The position numbers and the translations under genes are program-made. Below the pieces are notes generated by a model that saw only the letters and a list, made by a program, of their open reading frames with translations, made no database searches and was not told the origin of the DNA. From positions 778,892-842,891 of the forward strand of contig CAZQXB010000001.1 in assembly GCA_964597575.1 (NCBI GenBank): DNA of 64,000 nucleotides, written 5' to 3'. Positions 29,368 through 39,278 of the stretch are shown one piece after another. Origin of the DNA: an uncultured Gammaproteobacteria bacterium (GTDB taxonomy: Bacteria > Patescibacteriota > Patescibacteriia > Magasanikbacterales > UBA922). Every line of letters starts with the position of its first letter. Positions within the stretch are counted from its first letter, which is position 1.

Positions 29368-30174
29368 TTATTTTTGAGCGATGATTACGATATTCCACGC
29401 GTATCGCTTTAAAAAGGGCAGAACTTTAAACACGACTCGGTCGATCACAGCTAAGCGCGTATAGAGCGGCTCTAATTTTTTATGATCCGTTAAAATCTTT
29501 TTCCAGTATCGTTCTTTATTCGGATGGACACGATCAATGAAGAAGAATTTCAAAAAAATGAAAAGAGTTGCGAACCAAAATGTTTCATACCGTACCGGAG
29601 AAAAATGCCGACGGAAAATTTCGATCTGATGCATTTTAATCGGATGTTCATCTTCGGTGCGAACTCCCATAGCCATGCGTCGATAGACATTAATGACTGG
29701 GTTATGCGCCACAGGATCCCACGACACAAAAATACCACCGGGACGAAGAACGCGCTTTGATTCAATGAGAGCGGCTTCAATATCAACATGATGCAGCAAA
29801 TTTGCTGCGTACACCACGTCAAATGACGCATCAGGAAAAGGAATTTTATCCGCATACGCCTGTGCTGTATGAACCGATGTCCCATGGAGAGCGGCTACTT
29901 TTTTAACCACCTCGAGCATTCCACTTGAAATATCAGTCGCCGTCACCTCAGCTCCCTGCTTCGCGAAATACACGGCTCCTTCCCCTGCTCCCGACCCCAG
30001 TTCTAAGACCTTTTTTCCCTTCAAATCCCCAATCGACGAAATAATAAAGCGATTTTCCGGAGAGGTGCACGCCTCAAAAAACTCGTCGACCATGACCTCT
30101 TTTGGATCAATCGAACCAGCCCATTCATCGTGAAAATGCTCTTCTTTATCTAACACCTGAGATGAGGTCGTCAT
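29368..30174 (-). CDS. Class I SAM-dependent methyltransferase
   Basis: VLELGSGAG, PFPDASFDVV, LHH, RVLRPGG. Confidence 0.88.
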   Translation of the reverse strand: MTTSSQVLDKEEHFHDEWAGSIDPKEVMVDEFFEACTSPENRFIISSIGDLKGKKVLELGSGAGEGAVYFAKQGAEVTATDISSGMLEVVKKVAALHGTSVHTAQAYADKIPFPDASFDVVYAANLLHHVDIEAALIESKRVLRPGGIFVSWDPVAHNPVINVYRRMAMGVRTEDEHPIKMHQIEIFRRHFSPVRYETFWFATLFIFLKFFFIDRVHPNKERYWKKILTDHKKLEPLYTRLAVIDRVVFKVLPFLKRYAWNIVIIAQK

Positions 30175-30200
30175 AAAAAAATAAGTTTGCACTTAGGACA

Positions 30201-31154
30201 TTAGGTTGCTGCATTTTTACTTTCCACCCGAGCCACAATATACAACGGACGATTCTTTGAACCCTCAAAAATACGTCCGATATATTCGCCGATGGTGCCT
30301 AAAATAATAATTTGGATGCCACCAATCATAATAATCGACAGAAGAATTGTGGTGAGACCCGGCACGGTTTTCGTTGTAAAAAGTCGTAAAAAAAGAATAT
30401 ATACTGCTCCGGCAAATCCCAAACCAGCAATAGCGTACCCAACAAAGTTCACAATTTTTAGCGGAGCGTAGGAAAAAGAAAAAATAGCATCCTTACTAAG
30501 GGCAATCATTTTCCGAAGCGGGTATTTTGTTTCTCCTGCAAACCGTGCATCTCGGTTATATTGAATAATGGTACTCCGAAACCCAACCCAAGGAATGAGG
30601 CCGCGAACGAAACGGTGGCGCTCTCGCATATTCCGAAGTTCCGTCACCACAGGCCGGGCAATCAAGCGAAAATCTGCCGTATCAAGTGGAATATGAATTT
30701 TACAAATGCGCGAAATAAGACGATAGAACATTTTCGCACTCGCACGTTTAAACCACGTCTCTCCCTTCCGCGCGAGACGCTGGGCAAACACGACCTCATA
30801 CCCTTCTTCCGCTTTCTGAAATAAGTCAGCAATAAACTCCGGGGGGTCTTGTAAATCTGCATCAATCGTCACAACGTAATCCGCGCTACTATAGTCAATA
30901 CCCGCAGTAATCGCAATTTGGTGTCCAAAATTACGGCTAAAATGAAGCACCTTAACCCCCTCATGCTCACGAGCAAACACATCAAGAATGCCTGGTGTTT
31001 TATCTTTCGACCCATCGTTTATAAAAATAAACCGAACTTCGGCGGCAAGAGTACTCTGCAGTTTTAACAATCGCTCAAACAAGGCTGGTAAACACTCCTC
31101 TTCATTAAAAACAGGGATAACGACATCGAGTGTTTTTCGTGCGGATGGAATCAT
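30201..31154 (-). CDS. GT2 GtrB/ArnC-type polyprenyl-phosphate glycosyltransferase
   Basis: FSRNFGHQIAITAG, IDADLQDPPE, DFRL, RFAGETKY, two C-terminal TMs, GEYIGRIF..KNRPLY. Confidence 0.92.
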   Translation of the reverse strand: MIPSARKTLDVVIPVFNEEECLPALFERLLKLQSTLAAEVRFIFINDGSKDKTPGILDVFAREHEGVKVLHFSRNFGHQIAITAGIDYSSADYVVTIDADLQDPPEFIADLFQKAEEGYEVVFAQRLARKGETWFKRASAKMFYRLISRICKIHIPLDTADFRLIARPVVTELRNMRERHRFVRGLIPWVGFRSTIIQYNRDARFAGETKYPLRKMIALSKDAIFSFSYAPLKIVNFVGYAIAGLGFAGAVYILFLRLFTTKTVPGLTTILLSIIMIGGIQIIILGTIGEYIGRIFEGSKNRPLYIVARVESKNAAT

Positions 31155-31227
31155 ACATGGGACTAAACTGCTCTTCGCATAATACGTTCAATGTACACAA
31201 AAATGCCTGGTTTGTACATACCTAGGC

Positions 31228-32808
31228 CTAGCGCATACGAGCGAACAACTCTCCCCACCACTTGACCCGAAGTTTTGTAGGGAAAAAAGAAGTGACCGCA
31301 ATAACCAGACGATTTTTGAATCCTAGGAACAAAAAAGGCTTCTTTTTTGAAATTGCTTCAAGAATATGATCTGCCACTTCAAGCGGAGAAAGAAGCGGGC
31401 CACTACTTCTGACCCCTGCACGTTCTTGGAATGCCGTATTTGTACCTGAAGGTGAACACGTTACGACAGAGCACGATTCCTTTTGCTCGTACCAAAGGGC
31501 GCTTGACCAACTCAGGATAAACGCTTTGGTTGCGGCATACACACCCATACCCGGAAGTGGATGGTGACCCGCGGAACTCGCAATATTTACCACTGTACCA
31601 CCATGGCGAGCAATCGTTGGAAGAAGTGCTCTTGTTAAAAGAACTGGGGCCATCATATTCACGCCCATCATGAGGGCGAGCTGTTCTTCGGACATAGTAT
31701 CGAAATCGCCCTTAAATCCCACCCCAGCATTATTAATAAGTACAAAAAGTGGATACTCCCGAGTGGTCTCAATGACGGTTTGAATTCCATCCACAGTAGA
31801 GAGGTCTGCGCAAATAATTCGATTTCCCTTGAGCTCTGCCATACGCTTAATCTGTTTGTCAACCAAAAGAAGGGGTTTTCCTTCGGCATGAAGACGGCAG
31901 GCTAATTCATAGCCAATACCGCTATTCGCACCGGTCACGAGCCAGTACCCGGTATTCACCACATGATCACGAATCACCCCAAGTATTGCGTCAGAAAAAA
32001 GGCGTGGTTGTTTGTTTTTAAAAAATGTCTCACGAAATGATTCGTCGGGGGTAAAAAGTGCGTCCGCCACTCCCGTATTCTTGAGAAGCGGGAAAAAATT
32101 TTTTACCGAGCGAGGCAACCAGGTCAAACCAGGAAATGGAATTTGAGCTAAGGATCGACCGGTAATGTGCTCATGAATTGCGACAAAGATGCGACCAAAA
32201 GAAATTACTTCTGTTTCAGCAATAAAGGTCTTTCCTTTTACCCTGTCAGAACCAATACAGGCAATAAGAACCGCAACCAAATCTTCCACATGAATTACCG
32301 AGACTTGATTTGATATCTTCAGACGAAATATCCAATGCTTACGATACGCTAGGGTTACTAAATGACTGATAGCATCTTTCGTTGCCATGCCACGACCATA
32401 TACCGAACTGGGGCGAATGACTGTATACGGCACACTGCTTGCCGTAATAGCCTTTTCCTCTTTAGCCATTAATTCAGATTGAGGCCCACGCGCCGGCTGA
32501 CCGAGAACAACCAGATGTTTTCCTTTTTTACCTCCTTCTAGTGCCTGGAGAAGAGCAGAAATTGAAGCGCCACCTGAGGCATCAAAAAATATCGTAGCGC
32601 TCTCTAAAAGTGCTTCCCGATACACCGACGGCTCTTCAATAGAGCCATTTAGTACACGAATTCTTGGATCTTCCAAAGACAGTGGTGTTTTCGATAAAAC
32701 CCAAACTACGCTTGACGGGCTAAGCGTAGTAAGAAGTGCCGACAACAACTGAGAGGAGACAAAACCCCGGATATCAGTTAAAAAAACCGTGGCGGTTATT
32801 TCTCCCAT
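31228..32808 (-). CDS. Fusion: degenerate extended-SDR domain + classical SDR oxidoreductase
   Basis: C-terminal TGANSGIG, NNAG, YAATK; N-terminal domain aligns with 35908 protein but has TDIRGFVS in place of TGATGFIG. Confidence 0.8.
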   Translation of the reverse strand: MGEITATVFLTDIRGFVSSQLLSALLTTLSPSSVVWVLSKTPLSLEDPRIRVLNGSIEEPSVYREALLESATIFFDASGGASISALLQALEGGKKGKHLVVLGQPARGPQSELMAKEEKAITASSVPYTVIRPSSVYGRGMATKDAISHLVTLAYRKHWIFRLKISNQVSVIHVEDLVAVLIACIGSDRVKGKTFIAETEVISFGRIFVAIHEHITGRSLAQIPFPGLTWLPRSVKNFFPLLKNTGVADALFTPDESFRETFFKNKQPRLFSDAILGVIRDHVVNTGYWLVTGANSGIGYELACRLHAEGKPLLLVDKQIKRMAELKGNRIICADLSTVDGIQTVIETTREYPLFVLINNAGVGFKGDFDTMSEEQLALMMGVNMMAPVLLTRALLPTIARHGGTVVNIASSAGHHPLPGMGVYAATKAFILSWSSALWYEQKESCSVVTCSPSGTNTAFQERAGVRSSGPLLSPLEVADHILEAISKKKPFLFLGFKNRLVIAVTSFFPTKLRVKWWGELFARMR

Positions 32809-34028
32809 AAACGTTCCGGAATATTTGGTGCTTTTGGCCAATATTTGATTTTTCGATATGGTCCTGGACGAGTCGTATTGTAAATTTCTGGATATCGGGC
32901 TTTAACTTTTTCAATAACATCAAATATCCCCTCCTCACCAACGGGCTTTAACTTACGAAAGCGCGTTTTAAATTGAATCCATAAGCGTTCACGGAGCGTT
33001 GAAAACGAACGAGCTGAAAGGGTCATTTCTGGGTAACTCCCAAAATTGCAGCCTGTACACTTTTTTGCAATCGATTTTACTGATTCGCGAAACTGATACG
33101 ATTTGTAGACTTCAGGAAAGTGATCATCGTACACATAGATCTTTTCTGGATACCGAAAATCACAGCACGGAGCAAACGCGCCGTCAGGAAGCATTGCAAA
33201 ATACAAATTTGGCGTATCACACACATCATCTTTCCTCCAATTTGGACGGCCTGTTGTAATAAAATGATAAATCGAATCAAGATAATCGTCTGAATCAAAC
33301 AGTGCATATCCCTGACGTTTTTTCTTCTTTAAGCGCTGAATCAATTCACGAATTTTGGGGTAATCTTCTTCTTTGAATTTAAAGTACTCATCATACCCTC
33401 GAAAATTCATCGGGCTTGAGGTTTGGGTAATATGCACTGGCACAAGCGAAAGCCACCAACCAATTTCTGTGGCAAAATCTAAAATAGCATCGATTTCGTC
33501 AATGTTGTATTGAGATAACACGCACCCAAGGGCACAAATCGAATCTTTCGGAGGAAACGTATTATTAATAAACCCAATGGTTTTCATGGCGTTGTTCCAT
33601 GAATGCGGCAAGCCATTAATATAGTCAGAAAGCTCTTCGTCGAGAGAATCGATACTTACATTAATATCGCGAGCTCCATACTCAACGCACTTCGCAATTT
33701 TATCTTTTTTATGATACAACCCAGCCGTCTGGAGACGGACATCAAGCTTGTTTTGCTTGAAAATACGAACGATATCATCAATATCTGGGCGCAAAAAAGG
33801 TTCTCCGCCAGTAAGGAGAACGACCCCAGCACCAATTTTTACCAAATTCTTTGCAATTTTTTCAATTTTATCCGGAGTGAACGGTTCAATATCCTGATTT
33901 GCCTCTACGATATTACACATTTTGCACTTCTGATGGCAGTATTTTGCAATATAAAACTGAATGTAAAAGGGTGAATCCTTCGTCATGAGTGCCCGAGCCA
34001 TCGACCGTTTTGTCTGAAGAGAAAACAT
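32796..34028 (-). CDS. Radical SAM enzyme with C-terminal Cys cluster (SPASM/twitch-like)
   Basis: CHQKCKMC (CxxxCxxC), TGGEPFLR, VSIDS, C-terminal C..PCC..CTGC. Confidence 0.9.
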   Translation of the reverse strand: MFSLQTKRSMARALMTKDSPFYIQFYIAKYCHQKCKMCNIVEANQDIEPFTPDKIEKIAKNLVKIGAGVVLLTGGEPFLRPDIDDIVRIFKQNKLDVRLQTAGLYHKKDKIAKCVEYGARDINVSIDSLDEELSDYINGLPHSWNNAMKTIGFINNTFPPKDSICALGCVLSQYNIDEIDAILDFATEIGWWLSLVPVHITQTSSPMNFRGYDEYFKFKEEDYPKIRELIQRLKKKKRQGYALFDSDDYLDSIYHFITTGRPNWRKDDVCDTPNLYFAMLPDGAFAPCCDFRYPEKIYVYDDHFPEVYKSYQFRESVKSIAKKCTGCNFGSYPEMTLSARSFSTLRERLWIQFKTRFRKLKPVGEEGIFDVIEKVKARYPEIYNTTRPGPYRKIKYWPKAPNIPERLWEK

Positions 34029-34079
34029 AATAAATGTAACATGAAAGGCAGCCTGAACGACCGTTCGTGCACCTCCAAA

Positions 34080-34108
34080 ATAGTAGCATGGGAAGTCTGT
34101 TTCGTCAA
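34080..34108 (-). promoter_or_regulatory. Internal sigma70 promoter for the radical SAM/SDR unit
   Basis: TTGACG (34108-34103)-N17-TACTAT (34085-34080) with extended TG. Confidence 0.65.
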
Positions 34109-34120
34109 AAGCCTCACCCT

Positions 34121-35911
34121 CTATCGAAGGGCATAAATAATGTACTGATTATTTTCATAGACAGGCACCTCTTCTCGCGCCGTATACCCCGGAGAAGTTT
34201 TATCAAAAATAACAAAATCCGCATCCTTGGTCCTGAATTCCGAAAGTTCAATCTGATTGTATCGACTCCAATCAAACACCCCCCATTCGACCACGGTAAA
34301 CCGAAGCTCAAGCAACCGATCGTACGCTGGGAAAAAATACTCTGGGATATAACTTAATTGAAATAAATCGCAAGTGTTCACATAAATACTATTCTTTGTA
34401 ATGAATCGAAACGCACCGGAAAACATGCAATTATTCGGCGGGATGATAAACATTTTTCCCTTATACTGTTTTGCCCAGGTAAGCACCCCCCCAAATTCAG
34501 GGTGGGCTTTGGTGAGGCCGTAATTTTTGTCGATATCAAAACTAAAATTGAACTGGTTCTCGCCATGAAGAAGTCGGTACACTTTATGGAGCTTATTATT
34601 GAACTTATGTTCAAACATCCCAAGCACTATGATTGCAATAATGAGGGGCGGAAGAATAAGTAAACGTCTTTTTTTCACCGCCCCAATTGATTGATCAGCC
34701 AGAAGCCACGTGTTCCATTTTTTCTCCCCAAAAAATTTTTCTACCTGAAGCGCATAATACCCGAACACGAGAAGTAAAAGCCCGAGACCGAGGCGATGCG
34801 ACGGAACAATAAGACTCCCTATAAGCGTAAGTGCGGCAGTAATTGAGGTGAGTGTTTTCTTACGATATAAATTCCACGAGAGTATCGTAAAGAGAAGCAC
34901 AAACAACGGTTTAATAATATACGTTGCCCGAGAGGCAAAGTAGAGATAGAAAAACTGAACGTGGTGAATAACGTATACGTTCACCAACCAAATACCGACG
35001 AGTACAAAGGCTGCGGTAAACAGACGAAAAATAGTCTGTTCATGTAAAATAACGAACTGTTTTTTTGCTCGGACAAAGAGAAGAAATATCCAAGCGGCAA
35101 GAGTAAATGCGTAGGCCTCGGGGTAGCTCTCAATATAGATGTGCCCAAACCAATATCCGTTTAAGCTGCGAAAAAGCCGAAAAAACTTTTCTGCGTCAAC
35201 TACCGGACCAATACGTGAAAGAGCCAGAAAGACATTCGGAAGAAAAAGTAAACCGGCGATCACTGACCCAATTAAGAATTCTCGATACTTTTTCGTCTGC
35301 CACGCATCGTAGAGCATAAGGAGCCCAAACGAACACATGAAAAAGATACCCGACGGCGGATGAAGATAGGTGGTTAAACTCGCGATTGTAATACTCCACA
35401 CCGGTTTTTTAAGAAGATACAAATAAAGAGCCCACGTTTGAGCAAAGAGGACGCTCGAAACCGGACTCAAATAAAACAAAGGAATTGTCGACCCCCCAAT
35501 CGCAAAACGCTCACCAACAAAAAGCATGAGAAACATGGCCGCCACCGTAAGCCATTTATTTTTCGTCAGAAGAAGAAAAATATTATACCAGGCAAGTAGG
35601 AGAAGGAGGCCAATCGGAAAACTAATCAAAACATCGGCCAATGGAAAATTGCTGGCATACCCTGGAACGTAGTAGAGAAGCTGATAGAGAATGAAGTTCC
35701 CTTTGAGACTGCCGAGGACTCCAAGATCATTATGCGCAAACGCCTGGCTGTCCATCCGCCGGATTGTCATGGCATACCCATACGAGCCGTCGCCATTTAA
35801 CGTGAAGGTGGAGGCGAGCATATACGCTGCCACCATACCCAAAAGTACAACCAGTACCATGCCGCGGGGAAATTGAATGTTACGCCATATCTCTTGGAGA
35901 TCTTTGATCAT
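34121..35911 (-). CDS. Polytopic membrane protein (GT-C-like), paralog of 37485-39278
   Basis: ~12 TM, acidic first loop (NGDG..HNDL), YLHPPSG, extracytoplasmic C-terminal domain ending VYENNQYIIY. Confidence 0.7.
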   Translation of the reverse strand: MIKDLQEIWRNIQFPRGMVLVVLLGMVAAYMLASTFTLNGDGSYGYAMTIRRMDSQAFAHNDLGVLGSLKGNFILYQLLYYVPGYASNFPLADVLISFPIGLLLLLAWYNIFLLLTKNKWLTVAAMFLMLFVGERFAIGGSTIPLFYLSPVSSVLFAQTWALYLYLLKKPVWSITIASLTTYLHPPSGIFFMCSFGLLMLYDAWQTKKYREFLIGSVIAGLLFLPNVFLALSRIGPVVDAEKFFRLFRSLNGYWFGHIYIESYPEAYAFTLAAWIFLLFVRAKKQFVILHEQTIFRLFTAAFVLVGIWLVNVYVIHHVQFFYLYFASRATYIIKPLFVLLFTILSWNLYRKKTLTSITAALTLIGSLIVPSHRLGLGLLLLVFGYYALQVEKFFGEKKWNTWLLADQSIGAVKKRRLLILPPLIIAIIVLGMFEHKFNNKLHKVYRLLHGENQFNFSFDIDKNYGLTKAHPEFGGVLTWAKQYKGKMFIIPPNNCMFSGAFRFITKNSIYVNTCDLFQLSYIPEYFFPAYDRLLELRFTVVEWGVFDWSRYNQIELSEFRTKDADFVIFDKTSPGYTAREEVPVYENNQYIIYALR

Positions 35912-37485
35912 ATTTTTTTATATACACGCATGGTGCGTGATGCAGGCCAAAAATGACGCACCCGGTGTTCCTGCACTCTTTTTGCTCCGAGTTCCAAAAG
36001 GAGAGCGTCCCAATCGCTTGGCGCGCGAAAGTGAAGTGTATCTTTTTTATACAAAAGATTGTCCCAAAACGTAGTCCACCACACATCTGGCATATCGTTT
36101 GCATCGACCTCTTTCATGACAAAAATCCCGCCAGGACGAAGCGTTTCTAGAACTTTTTTTAATAACTCACGTTGTTTTTCCTCTCCGTGATGATGAAGGA
36201 CATCGTTTACAATCACCGCTTCGGCGTCTTTTACTTCTACGTCTTCCATGCGTCGACAAACAAAGGTAGCATTCGGTGATGCGGCCGAAGTTGCCTGAGC
36301 AATCCGTTTTTCATCAACATCAATGCCGATCATACGTGCGCCCGGGATCGCCTGCCCAAGAAGATTCGTGAGCATCCCCTCTCCGCACCCTAAGTCGAGG
36401 ATGGTTCCACCGACTGGCAAAACTTCTTTGAAAAAAGAAACGGGGTAAAGAGACAGCTTGAGCCAGGCTCCAAAAAACCCAAAACCGATTTGGGTATATT
36501 TATGGACTTGTTTAAAAAGTGACGTATTGGTAGCAATAACATCTCGGATACCCTTCTCAAAAGAGACGGGGGCAGTGATTCCAAAATCGTGCATATACGA
36601 CTCTCGATCAGCATAGAGATAGTCGACAAACAAATTGGCAACGGTGAGTGGAATACCGTAATGAAATTTTTTTACAAACCAAGAAACGCAGGTGGGCACT
36701 GGTATCTGACGGGGGGTCGTTCCAGTTACTTCCTTTCCGATGATACGGAATATGGCTCCGATAGACAACGCTTCAGTGGTTCCGAAATACGTCTTCCCTA
36801 TCACTTTGGTATTTCCTATGCAGGAGATAAACGATTGTACAAGATCCCCCACATAGATAAGAGAAACACGGCCTGGAAATTGAATTCTCGTCAACAGTGA
36901 ACGCTTGTAAACCATAGACACAAACGTATTGATATGAGAATTAGATCGCATGTGTGTTCCATATACCCATGTCGGACGAATAATGGTAAAGGGAAGGCCG
37001 CTCTCTTTGACCCATTGCTCTGATTTCAATTTTGACTTTCCATACTGCGTTCGTGGTGCCGGAGTACTTTCAATCGTAAGAGGAAGTGAGAAGGTGTCTT
37101 TTTTATGTCGATCCACAGCACCAATCGTACTTATAAAAATAAAATTTTTCAGCTGACGACTGTCGGACTTCAGAATATCAACCAGGTGTTTCGTCGACTC
37201 AAAATTCACCCTTTCATCCTCGGCGCCACCTCCAAAAAAATTGACGTTGGCACCGAGATGAAACACATACTGTGCCTCACGAATTTCAGTCGCATGCCTT
37301 TTAATATCACGGAGGTCTCCCTTGAGAGCAATAACACGGGGATCAGAAAAAACCACGTCATTTCGTACAAGCACATAAATCTTCGCACGCTCAGAAATAG
37401 TGGAGAGAAGGTGTGCTAAAAAATGTTTACCGATAAATCCAGTTGCCCCGGTTATGAATATCGTTGTCTGCTCTTCCATATACAT
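35908..37485 (-). CDS. Fusion: NAD-dependent epimerase/dehydratase + class I SAM methyltransferase
   Basis: TGATGFIG, YGKSK, IRPTWVYG; C-terminal ILDLGCGEG, DVLHH, LRPGG. Confidence 0.88.
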   Translation of the reverse strand: MYMEEQTTIFITGATGFIGKHFLAHLLSTISERAKIYVLVRNDVVFSDPRVIALKGDLRDIKRHATEIREAQYVFHLGANVNFFGGGAEDERVNFESTKHLVDILKSDSRQLKNFIFISTIGAVDRHKKDTFSLPLTIESTPAPRTQYGKSKLKSEQWVKESGLPFTIIRPTWVYGTHMRSNSHINTFVSMVYKRSLLTRIQFPGRVSLIYVGDLVQSFISCIGNTKVIGKTYFGTTEALSIGAIFRIIGKEVTGTTPRQIPVPTCVSWFVKKFHYGIPLTVANLFVDYLYADRESYMHDFGITAPVSFEKGIRDVIATNTSLFKQVHKYTQIGFGFFGAWLKLSLYPVSFFKEVLPVGGTILDLGCGEGMLTNLLGQAIPGARMIGIDVDEKRIAQATSAASPNATFVCRRMEDVEVKDAEAVIVNDVLHHHGEEKQRELLKKVLETLRPGGIFVMKEVDANDMPDVWWTTFWDNLLYKKDTLHFRAPSDWDALLLELGAKRVQEHRVRHFWPASRTMRVYKKI

Positions 37486-39278
37486 TATAAACTAAGATCG
37501 TAAACAACATACCTCGCACTCTCAAATACAGGAGAGCCTCCACGAGGCTTAAACCCTGAAGAACGTTTATCGAAAATGGCAAAATCCGCACCAGTCGACT
37601 TCAAAACAGCATCACTCATTGTATTATACCCAGAAAAATCAAGCTGACGCTCTCCGGTAATACGAAACCCCAACGCCGACATTCGGTGATACCCTTCAAG
37701 AAAATCTTTCGGGCTATAGCTCAGCTGACCCATATCATCAATATTGGCGTAGATACTATTTTTAGTAAAATATCGAAAGTACACAAAATCGTTTCGGCCA
37801 TCAAGGGGAACCAAAAATAGTTTTCCTTTGTATTGTTTGGCCCAGTCTACCAGTTCACTAAACGGTGGATTAGTTCGAGAAACAGAATAATTTCGGTCAA
37901 AATCAAAGGAAAAATTAAACACATTATTGCCACGGAGAAGTTGATAGACCTTATAAAACTTATTATTTCTTAGGTACCCAAAGACACCCGCGAGAAGTAC
38001 CAAAACAAGGAGAAGAATTTTTAGATTTCTCTTCTCCTCCTCACGCGTTTGTGGTTCAAAAAACCAAAGAAGTTTTGCTTCAAAAAGATAGCAAAGTGTA
38101 ACAAGAATAAGAATCAATGCTCCCGCCCACGAGGAAAGTGTCATCATGCTCACAGCCACTAGAAGGGCCAGAATCTTTGGTAGCCAATTTCGTCGTGAAA
38201 ACAAATGGTCAAAAACGAGCACCAAATACAACACACTTAAGGGCTTGATGATGTAGAATGCACGAGCGACAAAGGTGGTGTAATAAATATTGAGGTTACC
38301 GTGCGCGTAAAAATTAAGAAGCCAGACTGCACTTCCTAAAAATCCGATAATCATAAATCGAATCAGCATCTCTTGTCGCTCCACAACAAACTTTTTCTTG
38401 AAGTAAAGAACAAGAACGAGAAAGAGAGCTGCGAATGTGTATGCGTAGGTATGAGAAAAATATGACTCAACAAAAAGCGCCGAGACTTGCCGGATCTGAA
38501 ACATGATCGCAAAGAAAAGCTCTTTCTCTTCTTCAGACAGAGTCAGGTTATTTCCCAAAAGATAGATATTGGGTGCCACAATAACAAAGGCAGCCAAAAG
38601 AGGTTTCAAAAGATCGGAGAAACGTTTTGAACGCCAGACTTCTAAAAAAAGACAGGCACTCAGAATACCGAGGAAGACAAAACCAGAAGCAGGGTGCATG
38701 TAGGCGGTAACCCCAAGCAGGGCAAAACTGATAATATAACGCGCGCGGAGAAAATAGTAGAAGGCAAAAACTTGTAGAAAGTGAACACTTCCAATAGACG
38801 TAAAAATAAAAAATGGGATAGGGTACCCATGAAGGAATAATTTTGTATCAGAAAAGAGCAGGAAAAAAATGGCCAAAAGAACTATTTTTTTATTGTTGAC
38901 CAACACGCGAAAAACATTGTACCAGGCAAGTACCAAAAGAAGTGTAAGTGGGGTACTGAAAACAAAATCACGAAGGTTATAATTATCCGCAAAAAGAGGA
39001 ATAAGCGCGAGCAGCCGGTACAGCAAAAAATTTCCTGCTCCACTATTTACGAGAACATCACTCGCATGATAGAACGATGGATTTGCCAAACGCTCTGTAA
39101 TTGCATACCCAAAAAAACAGTCTCCACAAATACTGAAGGCGTTCAGAAATGCGTAAACCGTAACCATGGCAATAAGCATGAGTGCTTCAAGACCACTTGG
39201 AATGTGGATCTCCCTCAATACTTCCCTACATTTTGCTAACCCCATACGAATCCATGTCATAGGAGAGTCATGAGACAT
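37485..39278 (-). CDS. Polytopic membrane protein (GT-C-like), paralog of 34121-35911
   Basis: Shared segments YMHPASG, YIIKPL, FNFSFD, WAKQYKGK, FTKNSIY, ADFAIFDK. Confidence 0.7.
   Translation of the reverse strand: MSHDSPMTWIRMGLAKCREVLREIHIPSGLEALMLIAMVTVYAFLNAFSICGDCFFGYAITERLANPSFYHASDVLVNSGAGNFLLYRLLALIPLFADNYNLRDFVFSTPLTLLLVLAWYNVFRVLVNNKKIVLLAIFFLLFSDTKLFLHGYPIPFFIFTSIGSVHFLQVFAFYYFLRARYIISFALLGVTAYMHPASGFVFLGILSACLFLEVWRSKRFSDLLKPLLAAFVIVAPNIYLLGNNLTLSEEEKELFFAIMFQIRQVSALFVESYFSHTYAYTFAALFLVLVLYFKKKFVVERQEMLIRFMIIGFLGSAVWLLNFYAHGNLNIYYTTFVARAFYIIKPLSVLYLVLVFDHLFSRRNWLPKILALLVAVSMMTLSSWAGALILILVTLCYLFEAKLLWFFEPQTREEEKRNLKILLLVLVLLAGVFGYLRNNKFYKVYQLLRGNNVFNFSFDFDRNYSVSRTNPPFSELVDWAKQYKGKLFLVPLDGRNDFVYFRYFTKNSIYANIDDMGQLSYSPKDFLEGYHRMSALGFRITGERQLDFSGYNTMSDAVLKSTGADFAIFDKRSSGFKPRGGSPVFESARYVVYDLSL

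Noticed and set aside
34035-34061. TGTAAC-N17-CGAC, a possible second ECF promoter
   Set aside because: Points antisense to the operon, and spacing and -10 differ from the 54596-54621 site
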